From positions 576,001 to 640,000 of the forward strand of contig CAVTRY010000011.1 of assembly GCA_963737265.1 (NCBI GenBank): 64,000 nt of DNA. The letters run 5' to 3'. The stretch is from an uncultured delta proteobacterium. Lineage in GTDB: Bacteria; Myxococcota_A; Polyangia; Fen-1088. Both the position numbers and the translations under genes were made by a program. Shown here one piece after another: positions 43,475 through 53,137 of this stretch (positions are counted from its first letter, which is position 1; every line of letters starts with the position of its first letter). The notes below the pieces were generated by a model. The model searched no databases. It was not told the origin of the DNA and saw only the letters and a program-made list of their open reading frames with translations.

Positions 43475-45436
43475 ATGGTGAACCTGACCCTGACCGAGAA
43501 AGGTGGAAGCACCAACGAGCTCAGCTTCGACAAGGACGAGGTGACCGTCGGTAGGGTTCGTGGCAATGACATCGTCTTGCCCAAAGGCAATGTCTCGAAA
43601 CACCACTGTCGACTGATCGTTCGCGGCGACGAGATCGCGGTCGAGGACCTGCGCAGCACCAACGGAACCTACGTGAACGGCCGCAAGATCGTCGAGCCCA
43701 CACCGGTGACGACAACCGACAAGCTATTCGTGGGCGACTTCATTATTCGGGTGATTTCGGCAGAACCGTCGCTCGATGGGCTGCGATCGTTACCCCTGCC
43801 GGGTCCGCCCGAGGCTGGTTCGCTCGGTTCCGCACTTCCCCGCCGGCCACCGCCGCCGCCGCCCGGCGCGCGTGGGGGTAGCGGCCTCAGCGAAGGACAT
43901 GGCTCGGCGCCCAAGGTGCCGGGTGTTCGTAGCCCGCTGCCACCGCCCCCGCCTCCGCCCTTTCCCGCCAAGCGGGAGACCAGGGTTGTCCCCGAGGTAT
44001 CCGAGCCCTTTCCCCCACCATCCGGTCCTTCGGACATCAACCTGGACGACGAGGACGACAATCTTGGCACCTCACCTCCAAGGTTCACGGTGCCGCCGCT
44101 CAAACCCGCGGTGCAGCCTCCGGGCTCCTTGACCGACACCGAAGCCCCGCGCGGCCCTTCCTTCACTCTCGAAACACCCGATCCCCTGCGCGAGCCGGCT
44201 CCTGACGCGTACGCGGGAGAGGACGCGGCGCCGCCCGAGCCACCGGCGTCGGCCGACGACGACGTGGTGGAGTCGCAGTTTGGCGCGCCTGCCGAGTCCG
44301 ACGACGACTTTCCCTCGCCCGCAGCCGAGAATGCGCGCCAGGCACCCTCGGCGCCAGAGGCGGCCAAGGCTCGCGAGCCAGCCAAAGCCAAGGCGCCCAT
44401 GCCCAAACGCGCGACGCGCGCGCTCGATCGCGACGTGCCAGAGTGGCTTGCCTACCTGCTTGACGGCGAAGGCGTGACCGCGGCTTTCATCACCGGTACG
44501 GCCCAGGTCGAAGTCCAGCGCCACGGTCGTCGCGAGTCGGCGTCCGTTCCCACGTCCGACCTAGCCGCCCTGGGCGGAGCCATCCGGAAGCTCGCAAGCA
44601 AGGGCTCGCCCAAACCAGCGGCGGAAGCGGCGGCTATCACCACCACCCTTCCCGATGGCATGCAAATCGCCGCCATTTTCCCTCCCGTGGCGGACAGGCT
44701 GTGCGTCGCTATCCGGCGACCTATCCACGTGGGCAAGACCATCGACGACCTGGTCGAGGATCAGGTGATCTCTGGGCAGATGCGGCAGGTCCTGGAGGCC
44801 TGCGTTTCGACTCGGCAGAACATCCTCGTGTCGGGCGACCACGCGGCTTGCGACAACGTCTTGCGCGCCATCCTCTGGTCCGTGGATCGGGTCGCGCGGG
44901 TCGCCCTCATTTCGGATTCCGTCACGCCTCCGGCAAGCGCCACCTCGTGGATCAAGCTGGTGCCCGAACAGCACGTGTTCGATTTGGTGGCGGCGGCGGT
45001 CGCCATGCAGCCAGAGTACTTGATCGTAGACGCCAAGCACGACGCGTTGGCCGGCGAAGTCCTCGGCGAATGCAACCTCGGTCTTCGCGGCGTCATCTTG
45101 TCGGTCGTGGCCCGTTCACCCCACGATGCCCTACGCCGCGTGCAATCGCTCAGCAGTGCGAATGGATCGCCGGACACGCTGGGAGACATGGTGACCGCCG
45201 GCATCGACGTTCTGGTGCACGCGTCGGTATTGCCGGATGGTGCGCTGAAGGTGGTGGAAATCGCCGAACCCAAGACCAGCCTGGACGGACAGGTGACGGC
45301 TCATTCGCTGCTGGCCTGGACCCCGGGAGATGGCGCGTCGGGCGCATTCACCGCCACTGGCGCACATTCCAGTCTTGCCGCGAAACTAGCGGCAGCCGGA
45401 AGCTCGATTCCGCCCGAGATACTTAACCGTCAGTAG
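43475..45436 (+). CDS. FHA domain, Pro/acidic linker and degenerate CpaF/TadA (VirB11-like) ATPase domain
   Basis: FHA motifs VGR..GND...VSK.H...DLRSTNGTYVNG; C-terminal LPDG...IRR...NILVSG...MQPEYLIV; Walker A not intact. Confidence 0.8.
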   Translation: MVNLTLTEKGGSTNELSFDKDEVTVGRVRGNDIVLPKGNVSKHHCRLIVRGDEIAVEDLRSTNGTYVNGRKIVEPTPVTTTDKLFVGDFIIRVISAEPSLDGLRSLPLPGPPEAGSLGSALPRRPPPPPPGARGGSGLSEGHGSAPKVPGVRSPLPPPPPPPFPAKRETRVVPEVSEPFPPPSGPSDINLDDEDDNLGTSPPRFTVPPLKPAVQPPGSLTDTEAPRGPSFTLETPDPLREPAPDAYAGEDAAPPEPPASADDDVVESQFGAPAESDDDFPSPAAENARQAPSAPEAAKAREPAKAKAPMPKRATRALDRDVPEWLAYLLDGEGVTAAFITGTAQVEVQRHGRRESASVPTSDLAALGGAIRKLASKGSPKPAAEAAAITTTLPDGMQIAAIFPPVADRLCVAIRRPIHVGKTIDDLVEDQVISGQMRQVLEACVSTRQNILVSGDHAACDNVLRAILWSVDRVARVALISDSVTPPASATSWIKLVPEQHVFDLVAAAVAMQPEYLIVDAKHDALAGEVLGECNLGLRGVILSVVARSPHDALRRVQSLSSANGSPDTLGDMVTAGIDVLVHASVLPDGALKVVEIAEPKTSLDGQVTAHSLLAWTPGDGASGAFTATGAHSSLAAKLAAAGSSIPPEILNRQ

Positions 45437-45484
45437 ACGAACCCCCTGCCCGTCGCGCGCATTGAGGTGTAAAACGCACCTGTC

Positions 45485-46204
45485 ATGGCACGCATTCTCG
45501 TAGTCGAGGACGAGGAAGATATTCTGCAAATCCTGGCCTACAACCTTGGCCAGGCAGGGCATGAAGTGCTCACCGCGGACAGGGGCGCGGTCGCGCTGGA
45601 TCTGGTGCGGGACGAACATCCGGAACTGGTGCTGCTCGACCTCATGTTGCCGGATATCTCGGGCCTCGAGATCTGCCGTCACCTGAAGAGCGATCCGACT
45701 TCACGCGAAATTCCGGTCATCATGCTGACGGCGCGAAGCGAAGAAATCGACCGCGTGGTGGGGTTCGAGCTCGGCGCCGACGACTACGTGGTCAAGCCGT
45801 TTAGCGTGCGCGAGCTCGCTCTGCGCATTCAGGCCGTTCTCCGTCGCTCGCGCGGCGTGGCCGGCGCGGCCGACGCCGAGTCGGAGACCGAGTTGATTTT
45901 TGGCCGACTGCGGGTCGACCGAAGCGCGCATCGGACCTGGGTGGATGGCGAGGAAATAACCCTCACGCCGCTCGAAATGAAACTGCTGTGGACACTCTAC
46001 CGGCGCCGCGGCCGAGTCCAGACGCGTGGCACCTTGCTCGACGATGTGTGGGAAGCGAGCCCGGAGAACAACACGCGCACGGTCGATACCCACATCAAAC
46101 GGCTGCGAGAAAAGCTGGGGCTGGCCGGGGCGTACGTGGAAACCGTGCGAGGGATCGGTTACCGTTTCGCTGCCACGGCCGAGAAAGCCGAAGACATCCC
46201 ATGA
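45485..46204 (+). CDS. phoB: Phosphate regulon response regulator (OmpR family)
   Basis: VVEDE, LLDLMLP, GADDYVVKPF, RTVDTHIKRLR and TVRGIGY motifs; pst context. Confidence 0.9.
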   Translation: MARILVVEDEEDILQILAYNLGQAGHEVLTADRGAVALDLVRDEHPELVLLDLMLPDISGLEICRHLKSDPTSREIPVIMLTARSEEIDRVVGFELGADDYVVKPFSVRELALRIQAVLRRSRGVAGAADAESETELIFGRLRVDRSAHRTWVDGEEITLTPLEMKLLWTLYRRRGRVQTRGTLLDDVWEASPENNTRTVDTHIKRLREKLGLAGAYVETVRGIGYRFAATAEKAEDIP

Positions 46205-47964
46205 CAGTAGGCGCACGCGGTAAGCTGTTTCTGTTCGCCCTGGCGCTGCTCGTGGTGTCGCTTGCCGCCTCGGAAATCTATCTGCTACCCACGGTCGAAG
46301 ACGATGTCACCCTGCGCATCCGCCAAGACCTGGGCATCCGTCTGCGTCTGGTAGCGGAACGGGCTGCCACGCAATGGCAGTCAAGCAGGGAAACAACCAA
46401 CTGGGACGCCCTGGCGGACAAACTCGGTGAACTTGCGCAGGCCCGCGTGACCTTGATTCAGGCCGATGGGCGCGTGCTCGGCGATTCCGAGGTCTCGAGC
46501 CAGGGTCTCGGTTCTCTCGAGAACCACCGCGAGCGGCCCGAAGTCGCCGCCGCCCTGACGGGATTGACCACCGACAGTATCCGGTTTTCCGCGACCACGC
46601 AGAAGCGCATGCTCTACGCGGCAACACCCGTGCCTGGCGCGTCAGGCATGGTTGCCCGATTGAGCCTTCCTTTGTCCAGGGTGGACCTCGTCAAGTCCCA
46701 CGTGCAAAAACTGTTGCTCGGTGGCGCGGCCGTGGCACTTGTCGTGGCCCTGCTCGTGTCGTCCGCGGCGTCGGTGATCATGTCGCGCGGGCTGCGCGGT
46801 CTCACCACCGTCGCCCGGCGCATGGCCGCTGGCGACCTTGCAGCGCGCAGCAGGATCGAATCGCCCGACGAGATCGGCGAGCTCGGGCGAACGCTGGATC
46901 ACCTGGCCGAAAACCTATCGCGCTCGCTGCGCGAGCTGCGCGACGACCGCGATCTACTTGGACGCATCCTGGAATCCATGCGCGAAGGTGTGCTGGTTAT
47001 GGACGGCGAACACCGCATTTTGCTGGCCAACCCATCCTTGCGCGAGATGCTGCTGCTCAACTCGGATGTGGTGGGACGTTCGACGATCGAAGTCATCCGC
47101 AACGCCGAGCTGCAGTCCATCGTGGAAAAGGCGATGGTCGCGAGCGAACCCATGGTGGGCGAGATTGGGCTTGGCGGCCTCAAACCGCGCCGGCTGTTGG
47201 TGCACGCGTCCCGATTGTCCGGCGAACCCCGCGCCTTGGTTCTGGTGCTTTTCGACGTCACCGAAATGCGGCGGCTTGAAACTATCCGACGCGATTTCGT
47301 GGCCAACGTGTCGCATGAGCTGCGCACTCCCATCGCCTCGGTGAGCTCGGCCGCCGAGACGTTGCGCATGGCCATGGAGCGCGATCCCAAGGCGGCGACC
47401 CAATTCATCGACATCATCGAGCGCAACGGCCGTCGCTTGGGCGATCTCGTCGACGATTTGCTCAACCTGTCGAAGGTCGAGGCCAAGGAGTTCCGGCTAA
47501 AGCCGGAGGCTCTCGACCTCGCGCTTCTGTGCGAGAAGACCGTGGCGCCTTTCGCCGAGCGTGCTTTGTCCCGCCGCATCCGGCTTGCGGTGGACATTCC
47601 GAACGCGTTTCCTCGGGCGTCGGGCGACAAGAGCGCATTCGACCGAATCCTCACCAACCTGGTCGACAACGCCCTCAAGTATTCCCCGGACGGCGCGAGC
47701 GTGACCATCAGCGCACGCGAGGCCGGGCACAAACTGCAGGTCGTCGTGTCCGATACCGGCCCTGGCATCGACCAAAAACATCTGCCGCGTCTGTTCGAAC
47801 GCTTCTACCGGGTGGACCCCGGACGATCGCGCGACATGGGCGGCACGGGCCTCGGTCTCTCCATCGTCAAGCATCTGGTCGAAGCCATGGAGGGCGAGGT
47901 CAGCGTGGAAAGCACGCTCGGCAAAGGGGCCGCCTTCGCCTTCACCCTTCCGCGCTTGGTTTGA
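46201..47964 (+). CDS. phoR: Phosphate regulon sensor histidine kinase (HAMP, PAS, HisKA, HATPase)
   Basis: ENHRERPEV, DFVANVSHELRTP, NLVDNALKY, FERFYRVD and GTGLGLSIVKH motifs; ATG overlaps the phoB stop. Confidence 0.9.
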   Translation: MTVGARGKLFLFALALLVVSLAASEIYLLPTVEDDVTLRIRQDLGIRLRLVAERAATQWQSSRETTNWDALADKLGELAQARVTLIQADGRVLGDSEVSSQGLGSLENHRERPEVAAALTGLTTDSIRFSATTQKRMLYAATPVPGASGMVARLSLPLSRVDLVKSHVQKLLLGGAAVALVVALLVSSAASVIMSRGLRGLTTVARRMAAGDLAARSRIESPDEIGELGRTLDHLAENLSRSLRELRDDRDLLGRILESMREGVLVMDGEHRILLANPSLREMLLLNSDVVGRSTIEVIRNAELQSIVEKAMVASEPMVGEIGLGGLKPRRLLVHASRLSGEPRALVLVLFDVTEMRRLETIRRDFVANVSHELRTPIASVSSAAETLRMAMERDPKAATQFIDIIERNGRRLGDLVDDLLNLSKVEAKEFRLKPEALDLALLCEKTVAPFAERALSRRIRLAVDIPNAFPRASGDKSAFDRILTNLVDNALKYSPDGASVTISAREAGHKLQVVVSDTGPGIDQKHLPRLFERFYRVDPGRSRDMGGTGLGLSIVKHLVEAMEGEVSVESTLGKGAAFAFTLPRLV

Positions 47965-48017
47965 ACGGCAAGTTGTCTCTGGCACCCCTCGTCATCGACG
48001 CAAGGAAGTTGCGACTC

Positions 48018-48034
48018 CGTCACGCGACTGTCAC
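48018..48034 (+). promoter_or_regulatory. Pho box upstream of pstS
   Basis: CGTCAC-GCGAC-TGTCAC direct repeats with 11-bp period. Confidence 0.65.
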
Positions 48035-48095
48035 CGAGCTCGCTTACCCTCGGACCCGTGACCAGGAACAGTATTGGGCTTGAAAGGAAAGACAA

Positions 48096-48923
48096 ATGAA
48101 GACACTCACGCGGCTCGTTCTCGTCGCTGCCACGCTGGCAGCGCCACTGACTGCACAGGCAAGCAGCCTTACCATCAAGGGGTCGGACACGATGGTCCTG
48201 CTCGGCCAGCGCTGGGCGGAACAGTACATGGCAAAGGTACCGAGCACTGCGATCCAAGTTACCGGCGGTGGATCGGGAACGGGGATCAGCGCGCTTATCA
48301 ACGGCACCACCGACATCTGCCAAGCATCGCGACAGATGAGCGAGGCAGAGAAGAGCAACCTGGCCGAACGCTACAAGACGCGTGGCGAAGAGATCCCCGT
48401 GGCGCGCGACGGCCTGTCCGTCTACGTGAATTCCAAAAATCCGGTGAAGGATTTGAGCATGGAGCAGCTGCGACTGATCTTCACCGGCAAGGTCACCAAC
48501 TGGAAAGAGCTCGGCGGCGCCGATGCGAAGATCATCGTCTACTCGCGTGAGAACAGCTCGGGCACTTACGTCTTCTTCAAGGAGCACGTGCTCAAGAACG
48601 CCGACTATACCCAGCGCGCGCAGAGCATGCCCGGTACCGCCGCCGTGGTGAATGCCGTGGCCAAGGAGAAGAACAGCATTGGCTATGGTGGGGCGGCCTA
48701 CGCCAAGGGCATCAAGGTTCTGCCCATCAAGAAGGACGATGCCAGTCCCGCGGTCAGCCCCGACCTCGCTCACGTGCAAGACGGAAGCTACCCGCTTTCC
48801 CGACCGCTCTTCTTCTACATCCGCAACAAAGCCACGGGCGACATAAAAGCATTCATCGACTGGGTGCTCTCGCCTGAGGGCCAAGAGATCGTGACGAAGG
48901 TCGGGTACTTCCCGGTCAAGTAA
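48096..48923 (+). CDS. pstS: Phosphate ABC transporter substrate-binding protein
   Basis: IKGSDTM, GGGSGTGI, SRENSSGT and YPLSRPLF motifs. Confidence 0.93.
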   Translation: MKTLTRLVLVAATLAAPLTAQASSLTIKGSDTMVLLGQRWAEQYMAKVPSTAIQVTGGGSGTGISALINGTTDICQASRQMSEAEKSNLAERYKTRGEEIPVARDGLSVYVNSKNPVKDLSMEQLRLIFTGKVTNWKELGGADAKIIVYSRENSSGTYVFFKEHVLKNADYTQRAQSMPGTAAVVNAVAKEKNSIGYGGAAYAKGIKVLPIKKDDASPAVSPDLAHVQDGSYPLSRPLFFYIRNKATGDIKAFIDWVLSPEGQEIVTKVGYFPVK

Positions 48924-48963
48924 GGGGCCGGGCCGGCCGCTCGGGGCCGGGTCACAAACATCG

Positions 48964-48992
48964 GGGTGGATCCGCAGGATCCACCCTGTTTT
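48964..48992 (+). terminator. Rho-independent terminator after pstS
   Basis: GGGTGGATCC-GCA-GGATCCACCC followed by TGTTTT. Confidence 0.75.
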
Positions 48993-49001
48993 CAACTTCT
49001 G

Positions 49002-49196
49002 CTAGGTGCGAAACCACCAGCTGGGCGAGCCGAAATCCGACAGCGGAAGTAAGCGTTCTCGCAATCCGTGCGTGGCCAAGTCGTCGTCGTCGTCGTCGCC
49101 TTCAGCCTCGTCGTCGTCATCGTATTCAGGTGAAGCCAAAATCTTCTTCGAGGCCAAAATCGCCGCCTCGTTTTGCGCGAGAGATGGATTGCTCAT
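49002..49196 (-). CDS. Small acidic hypothetical protein (64 aa)
   Basis: Strong RBS AAAGGAG 6 nt before ATG; fills the pstS-pstC gap; YDDDDEAEGDDDDDD tract. Confidence 0.6.
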   Translation of the reverse strand: MSNPSLAQNEAAILASKKILASPEYDDDDEAEGDDDDDDLATHGLRERLLPLSDFGSPSWWFRT

Positions 49197-49325
49197 GGAG
49201 GTCTCCTTTCCCTACCCAAAATAGAACACCGAAACTCCGAGCACCGATGCAATTCTGAAACAGCTCTGTTCCAACGAGAACAGCCCACCGGCAATGACTT
49301 CTACGCCGCCACTCGACCCCAACCG

Positions 49326-49342
49326 TGTCACACAATTGTCAC
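49326..49342 (+). promoter_or_regulatory. Pho box upstream of pstC
   Basis: TGTCAC-ACAAT-TGTCAC with 11-bp period. Confidence 0.72.
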
Positions 49343-49389
49343 CTAGGCGAGACCCTCCCGCCACGTTTATCTTTCACGCTTTTCCGCAG

Positions 49390-50499
49390 ATGAATGGAAA
49401 CGAAAGCGGCGCGGAGCCGAAAGACGCCACGTACCCGAGGTCCCTGCCACCCACCGCCATTCCAAACACACCGCTGCCCGTCCGCGTTGCCAAGCCCCCA
49501 GCCGAAGACGAAGTGACGGCCACGGGAGCGCCGACGCCACCCCGCATCCGTCGGCTGAAGACAAGACGCCCTCCCGTTGCGCACCGGCTGACCGAGCTCG
49601 CCATCCACGTCCTGGCCTATTCCGCGGTTGCCGCGATGATTCTGATCTTCATTTTCATTGCCAAGGAGGCGTGGCCCCTGCTGACCAGCGCAACGATTCA
49701 CAAGGAAGTGACGCTGGCAAAGATGTGGTTCATCCAGCAGTGGCCTGGCTACGACGCCCCCGAGCACGTGTGGCAACCCGTGTCGGAGATACCGAAGTTC
49801 GGCGTCTGGCCTCTGGTGGTCGGCACCATCAAGGTGACCGTCATCGCCATGCTCGTCGCCGTGCCCCTCGCGGTCAGCGCCGCAGTCTTCGTTTCGCAAT
49901 ATGCAAGTCGACGGGTGCGCGAGATCGTCAAGCCCGCCATCGAGTTCCTGGCCGGGATCCCTTCGGTGGTCCTCGGTTTCTTTGCCTTGATGGTGATGGC
50001 ATCCTGGTTCCAGGACCTCTTCGGGCTCGAATCTCGCCTGAATGCCATGGTCGCCGGCGTCGCGCTCTCGTTCGCGGTCATTCCGGTCATCTTCACGGTT
50101 TGCGAGGAAGCACTGGGAGCCGTGCCGCCGAGCTATGTCGAAGCCTCTGTTGCGCTCGGCGCGGCCCGCTGGCAGACCATCGTGCGCGTCGTTCTTCCGG
50201 CCGCCGCGCCCGGCATCGCGGCCAGCGTCGCGCTCGGGCTCGGCCGCGCCTTCGGCGAAACCATGATCGTGCTGATGGCGTCCGGCAATGCGGCGATTCT
50301 ATCGGCCAATCCAGCGGATTCCGTGCGAACCCTGTCCGCCACGATCGCCGCCGAGCTGGCCGAGGTGGTTTTTGGCGGCGCGCACTACACGGTGTTATTC
50401 GCCCTCGCCGTGCTGCTCTTCCTCGTCACCTTCGGCATCAACTTCATCGGCGACCAAACCATCACGCGCATGAAGCGCCGCATGGGGGTTTCGTCGTGA
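49390..50499 (+). CDS. pstC: Phosphate ABC transporter permease PstC
   Basis: LAGIPSVVLGFF, ALGA.RWQT and GRAFGETM.V motifs; start 49390 preferred because it lies downstream of the Pho box. Confidence 0.92.
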   Translation: MNGNESGAEPKDATYPRSLPPTAIPNTPLPVRVAKPPAEDEVTATGAPTPPRIRRLKTRRPPVAHRLTELAIHVLAYSAVAAMILIFIFIAKEAWPLLTSATIHKEVTLAKMWFIQQWPGYDAPEHVWQPVSEIPKFGVWPLVVGTIKVTVIAMLVAVPLAVSAAVFVSQYASRRVREIVKPAIEFLAGIPSVVLGFFALMVMASWFQDLFGLESRLNAMVAGVALSFAVIPVIFTVCEEALGAVPPSYVEASVALGAARWQTIVRVVLPAAAPGIAASVALGLGRAFGETMIVLMASGNAAILSANPADSVRTLSATIAAELAEVVFGGAHYTVLFALAVLLFLVTFGINFIGDQTITRMKRRMGVSS

Positions 50500-51428
50500 G
50501 CCGTCCTTCCCTGCGCTCCTCGGGGCGACCCCGTTTGGGCGACGCGGTCCTCTGGATCGCCACCGGCCTCGCGACGCTCCTCGTTCTCGTCGTCCTGCTC
50601 GTCATTCTCGTCGACGTGATCAAGAACGGTGCTCCCCGACTCACGCTGGGGTTCATCACCAAAGCACCATCCGAGGGCATGACCGCCGGGGGAATCTTCC
50701 CCGCGATCTTCGGCACCGTGGCACTAGTCTTGCTAATGACCATCGCCGCTCTCCCGGCTGGCGTGGCCACGGCGGTCTTCCTGCATGAATACGCCAACCC
50801 AACCGCGCTAGCCACGCGCATTGTGCGTATCGCCGTGAACAACCTCGCCGGGGTCCCATCGATTGTTTTCGGTCTTTTTGGCCTTGGCTTCTTCGTCCAG
50901 TTCGTCGGCGGAGGCATGGACAAGCTCTTCTACGGCGGGGACAAGGTGTTCGGCCAACCCGCGCTGATCTGGGCCGCTCTGACCATGGCCATTCTGACCC
51001 TTCCCGTGGTCATCGTGGCCACCGAGGAAGCCCTGTCGTCGGTTCCCCGCGACATGCGTCTCGCTTCCGCGGCCCTTGGCGCCAGCAAGTTCCAGACCGT
51101 GTTACACGTCGTCTTACCGCAAGCCGTGCCCGGCATCCTGACCGGCGCCATCCTCGCCGTCAGCCGTGGCGCGGGCGAAGTCGCTCCGATTCTCTTCACC
51201 GGTGCCGCTTACTTCCTACCAACCCTGCCCCATTCCCTTCATGATCAGTTCATGCAGCTTGGCTATCACGTCTACGTGCTCGCGACCCAATCGCCCGACG
51301 TGGACGCCACCCGACCTCTCCTCTATGCAACGGTACTGGTTCTCCTCATTCTCACCTTCGCGCTCAACGCGACCGCCATCGTGGTTCGGTCGCGCATGCG
51401 AAGGAAGTTTTCGGGAAGCCGCGCATGA
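50496..51428 (+). CDS. pstA: Phosphate ABC transporter permease PstA
   Basis: GTG overlaps the pstC stop; [22 protein letters not shown] and RGAGEVAP motifs. Confidence 0.92.
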   Translation: MSRPSLRSSGRPRLGDAVLWIATGLATLLVLVVLLVILVDVIKNGAPRLTLGFITKAPSEGMTAGGIFPAIFGTVALVLLMTIAALPAGVATAVFLHEYANPTALATRIVRIAVNNLAGVPSIVFGLFGLGFFVQFVGGGMDKLFYGGDKVFGQPALIWAALTMAILTLPVVIVATEEALSSVPRDMRLASAALGASKFQTVLHVVLPQAVPGILTGAILAVSRGAGEVAPILFTGAAYFLPTLPHSLHDQFMQLGYHVYVLATQSPDVDATRPLLYATVLVLLILTFALNATAIVVRSRMRRKFSGSRA

Positions 51429-52216
51429 ATACGCAAGCGGCCTTGTCACCCGGCGAAGCGCCCACGGGCAGCCTCTCGGTCAACCAGCTCTTCGTCTACT
51501 ACGGCGACAAGCGCGCCATGGGTCCGGTCAGCATGACCATTCCGGGCAAGCGGGTTACCGCGCTCATCGGCCCTTCCGGCTGCGGTAAGTCGACCTTCCT
51601 GCGCTCGCTCAATCGCATGAACGAAATGATTCTCGGCTGTCGCGTCGAAGGCGAGGTCAAGCTCGACGACGAACCCATCTACGGCCCGGGCGTCGATGCC
51701 GTCGCCGTCCGCCGCCGCATCGGCATGGTTTTTCAGAAATCCAATCCCTTTCCCAAGTCAATCTACGACAACGTCGCCTACGGCCTGCGCATCGGCGGCA
51801 TCACCGACCGCGCCGAGCTGACCGATAAGGTCGAGCACGCGCTCAAGCAGTCTGCCCTGTGGGAAGAGGTCAAGGACCGGCTGCATGAAAGCGCGCTCGG
51901 GCTGTCCGGCGGCCAGCAGCAGCGCCTGTGCATCGCGCGAGCGCTTGCCGTCGAACCCGACGTGCTGCTGATGGACGAGCCCGCGTCGGCCCTCGATCCC
52001 ATCGCGACCGCACATATCGAGGAATTGATTCACGAGTTGGCCCATGATTACACGGTCGTGATCGTGACCCACAACATGCAACAAGCGGCCCGCGTGTCGC
52101 ACCACACGGCCTTCTTCTACATGGGCGATTTGATAGAATTCGATCGCACCCAGGTGATCTTCACCAAACCCAGCCAATCCAAAACCGAGGACTACATCAC
52201 CGGCCGCTTCGGCTAG
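51425..52216 (+). CDS. pstB: Phosphate ABC transporter ATPase
   Basis: [30 protein letters not shown] and YITGRFG motifs. Confidence 0.96.
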   Translation: MNTQAALSPGEAPTGSLSVNQLFVYYGDKRAMGPVSMTIPGKRVTALIGPSGCGKSTFLRSLNRMNEMILGCRVEGEVKLDDEPIYGPGVDAVAVRRRIGMVFQKSNPFPKSIYDNVAYGLRIGGITDRAELTDKVEHALKQSALWEEVKDRLHESALGLSGGQQQRLCIARALAVEPDVLLMDEPASALDPIATAHIEELIHELAHDYTVVIVTHNMQQAARVSHHTAFFYMGDLIEFDRTQVIFTKPSQSKTEDYITGRFG

Positions 52217-52238
52217 CCGGCGGCAAGGATAAACGCGC

Positions 52239-52949
52239 ATGCCTGGACTAGAACACACCGACCGAGAATACGAACACGAGCTGCGCCAGTTGCGCGAGCA
52301 GTTGCTCGTGATGGGCAGCCACGTGGAAACTATCATCGGCGACAGCATCCAATCGCTGCTGGAACGAGATGCCAAGCTCGCCGAGCGGACGATCTTGGCG
52401 GACAAGATCGTCAACCGCATGGAAGTCGAGCTTGACAGCCTGTGCCTGCAGATCCTGGCCCGGCGCCAGCCCGTGGCCTCCGACCTGCGCTTCATCACCC
52501 TGGTGCTCAAGGTCGTGACCGACTTGGAACGAATCGCCGACCTCGGCGTGAACATCTGCGAACGCGTGCTCGAGCTCGACGCCGAGCCACAGCTCAAACC
52601 CTACGTCGACATTCCCCACATGGGCCGGGAAGTCCAGTCCATGTTGCGCGAAGTCCTCGACGCCTTCGTGGCCAAGGATGCAGCACGAGCGCGCAAGATC
52701 ATCGAACGCGATCAGGTCGTGGACGCGCTCTACGCCCAGGTCTTCCGCGAGCTTCTGACCTTCATGATGGAGAGCGGACACAACGTCTATCGCGCCACCC
52801 GCCTGCAATCGATCGCCAAGTACCTGGAGCGCATGGCCGACCACACGACCAATCTGGCCGAGATGGTCATCTTCATGGTCGACGGCCAGGACGTCCGCCA
52901 CCTGACCAGCCGCGAAGATCCCGACGACGCCACCCGCGGCCACAACTAG
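52239..52949 (+). CDS. phoU: Phosphate signalling protein PhoU
   Basis: RQPVASDLR, DLERIAD and LERMADH motifs. Confidence 0.95.
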   Translation: MPGLEHTDREYEHELRQLREQLLVMGSHVETIIGDSIQSLLERDAKLAERTILADKIVNRMEVELDSLCLQILARRQPVASDLRFITLVLKVVTDLERIADLGVNICERVLELDAEPQLKPYVDIPHMGREVQSMLREVLDAFVAKDAARARKIIERDQVVDALYAQVFRELLTFMMESGHNVYRATRLQSIAKYLERMADHTTNLAEMVIFMVDGQDVRHLTSREDPDDATRGHN

Positions 52950-53137
52950 CCGCCCCAGCCGTGGCGTCGCTTGGCTTATCCGCCACGCCCAAACAAGAGA
53001 CGCTTGAGCTATCCCCAAGGACTTCGCGGCAAACACCGCGCGCCTCGATTGGCTCAATTTCCTCCTTGCCGACGTGCGGACTGGCGTGGGCCCGTTTCTT
53101 GCTGTTTACCTGCGGATTCAGGCCTCGATGTTGGTGC

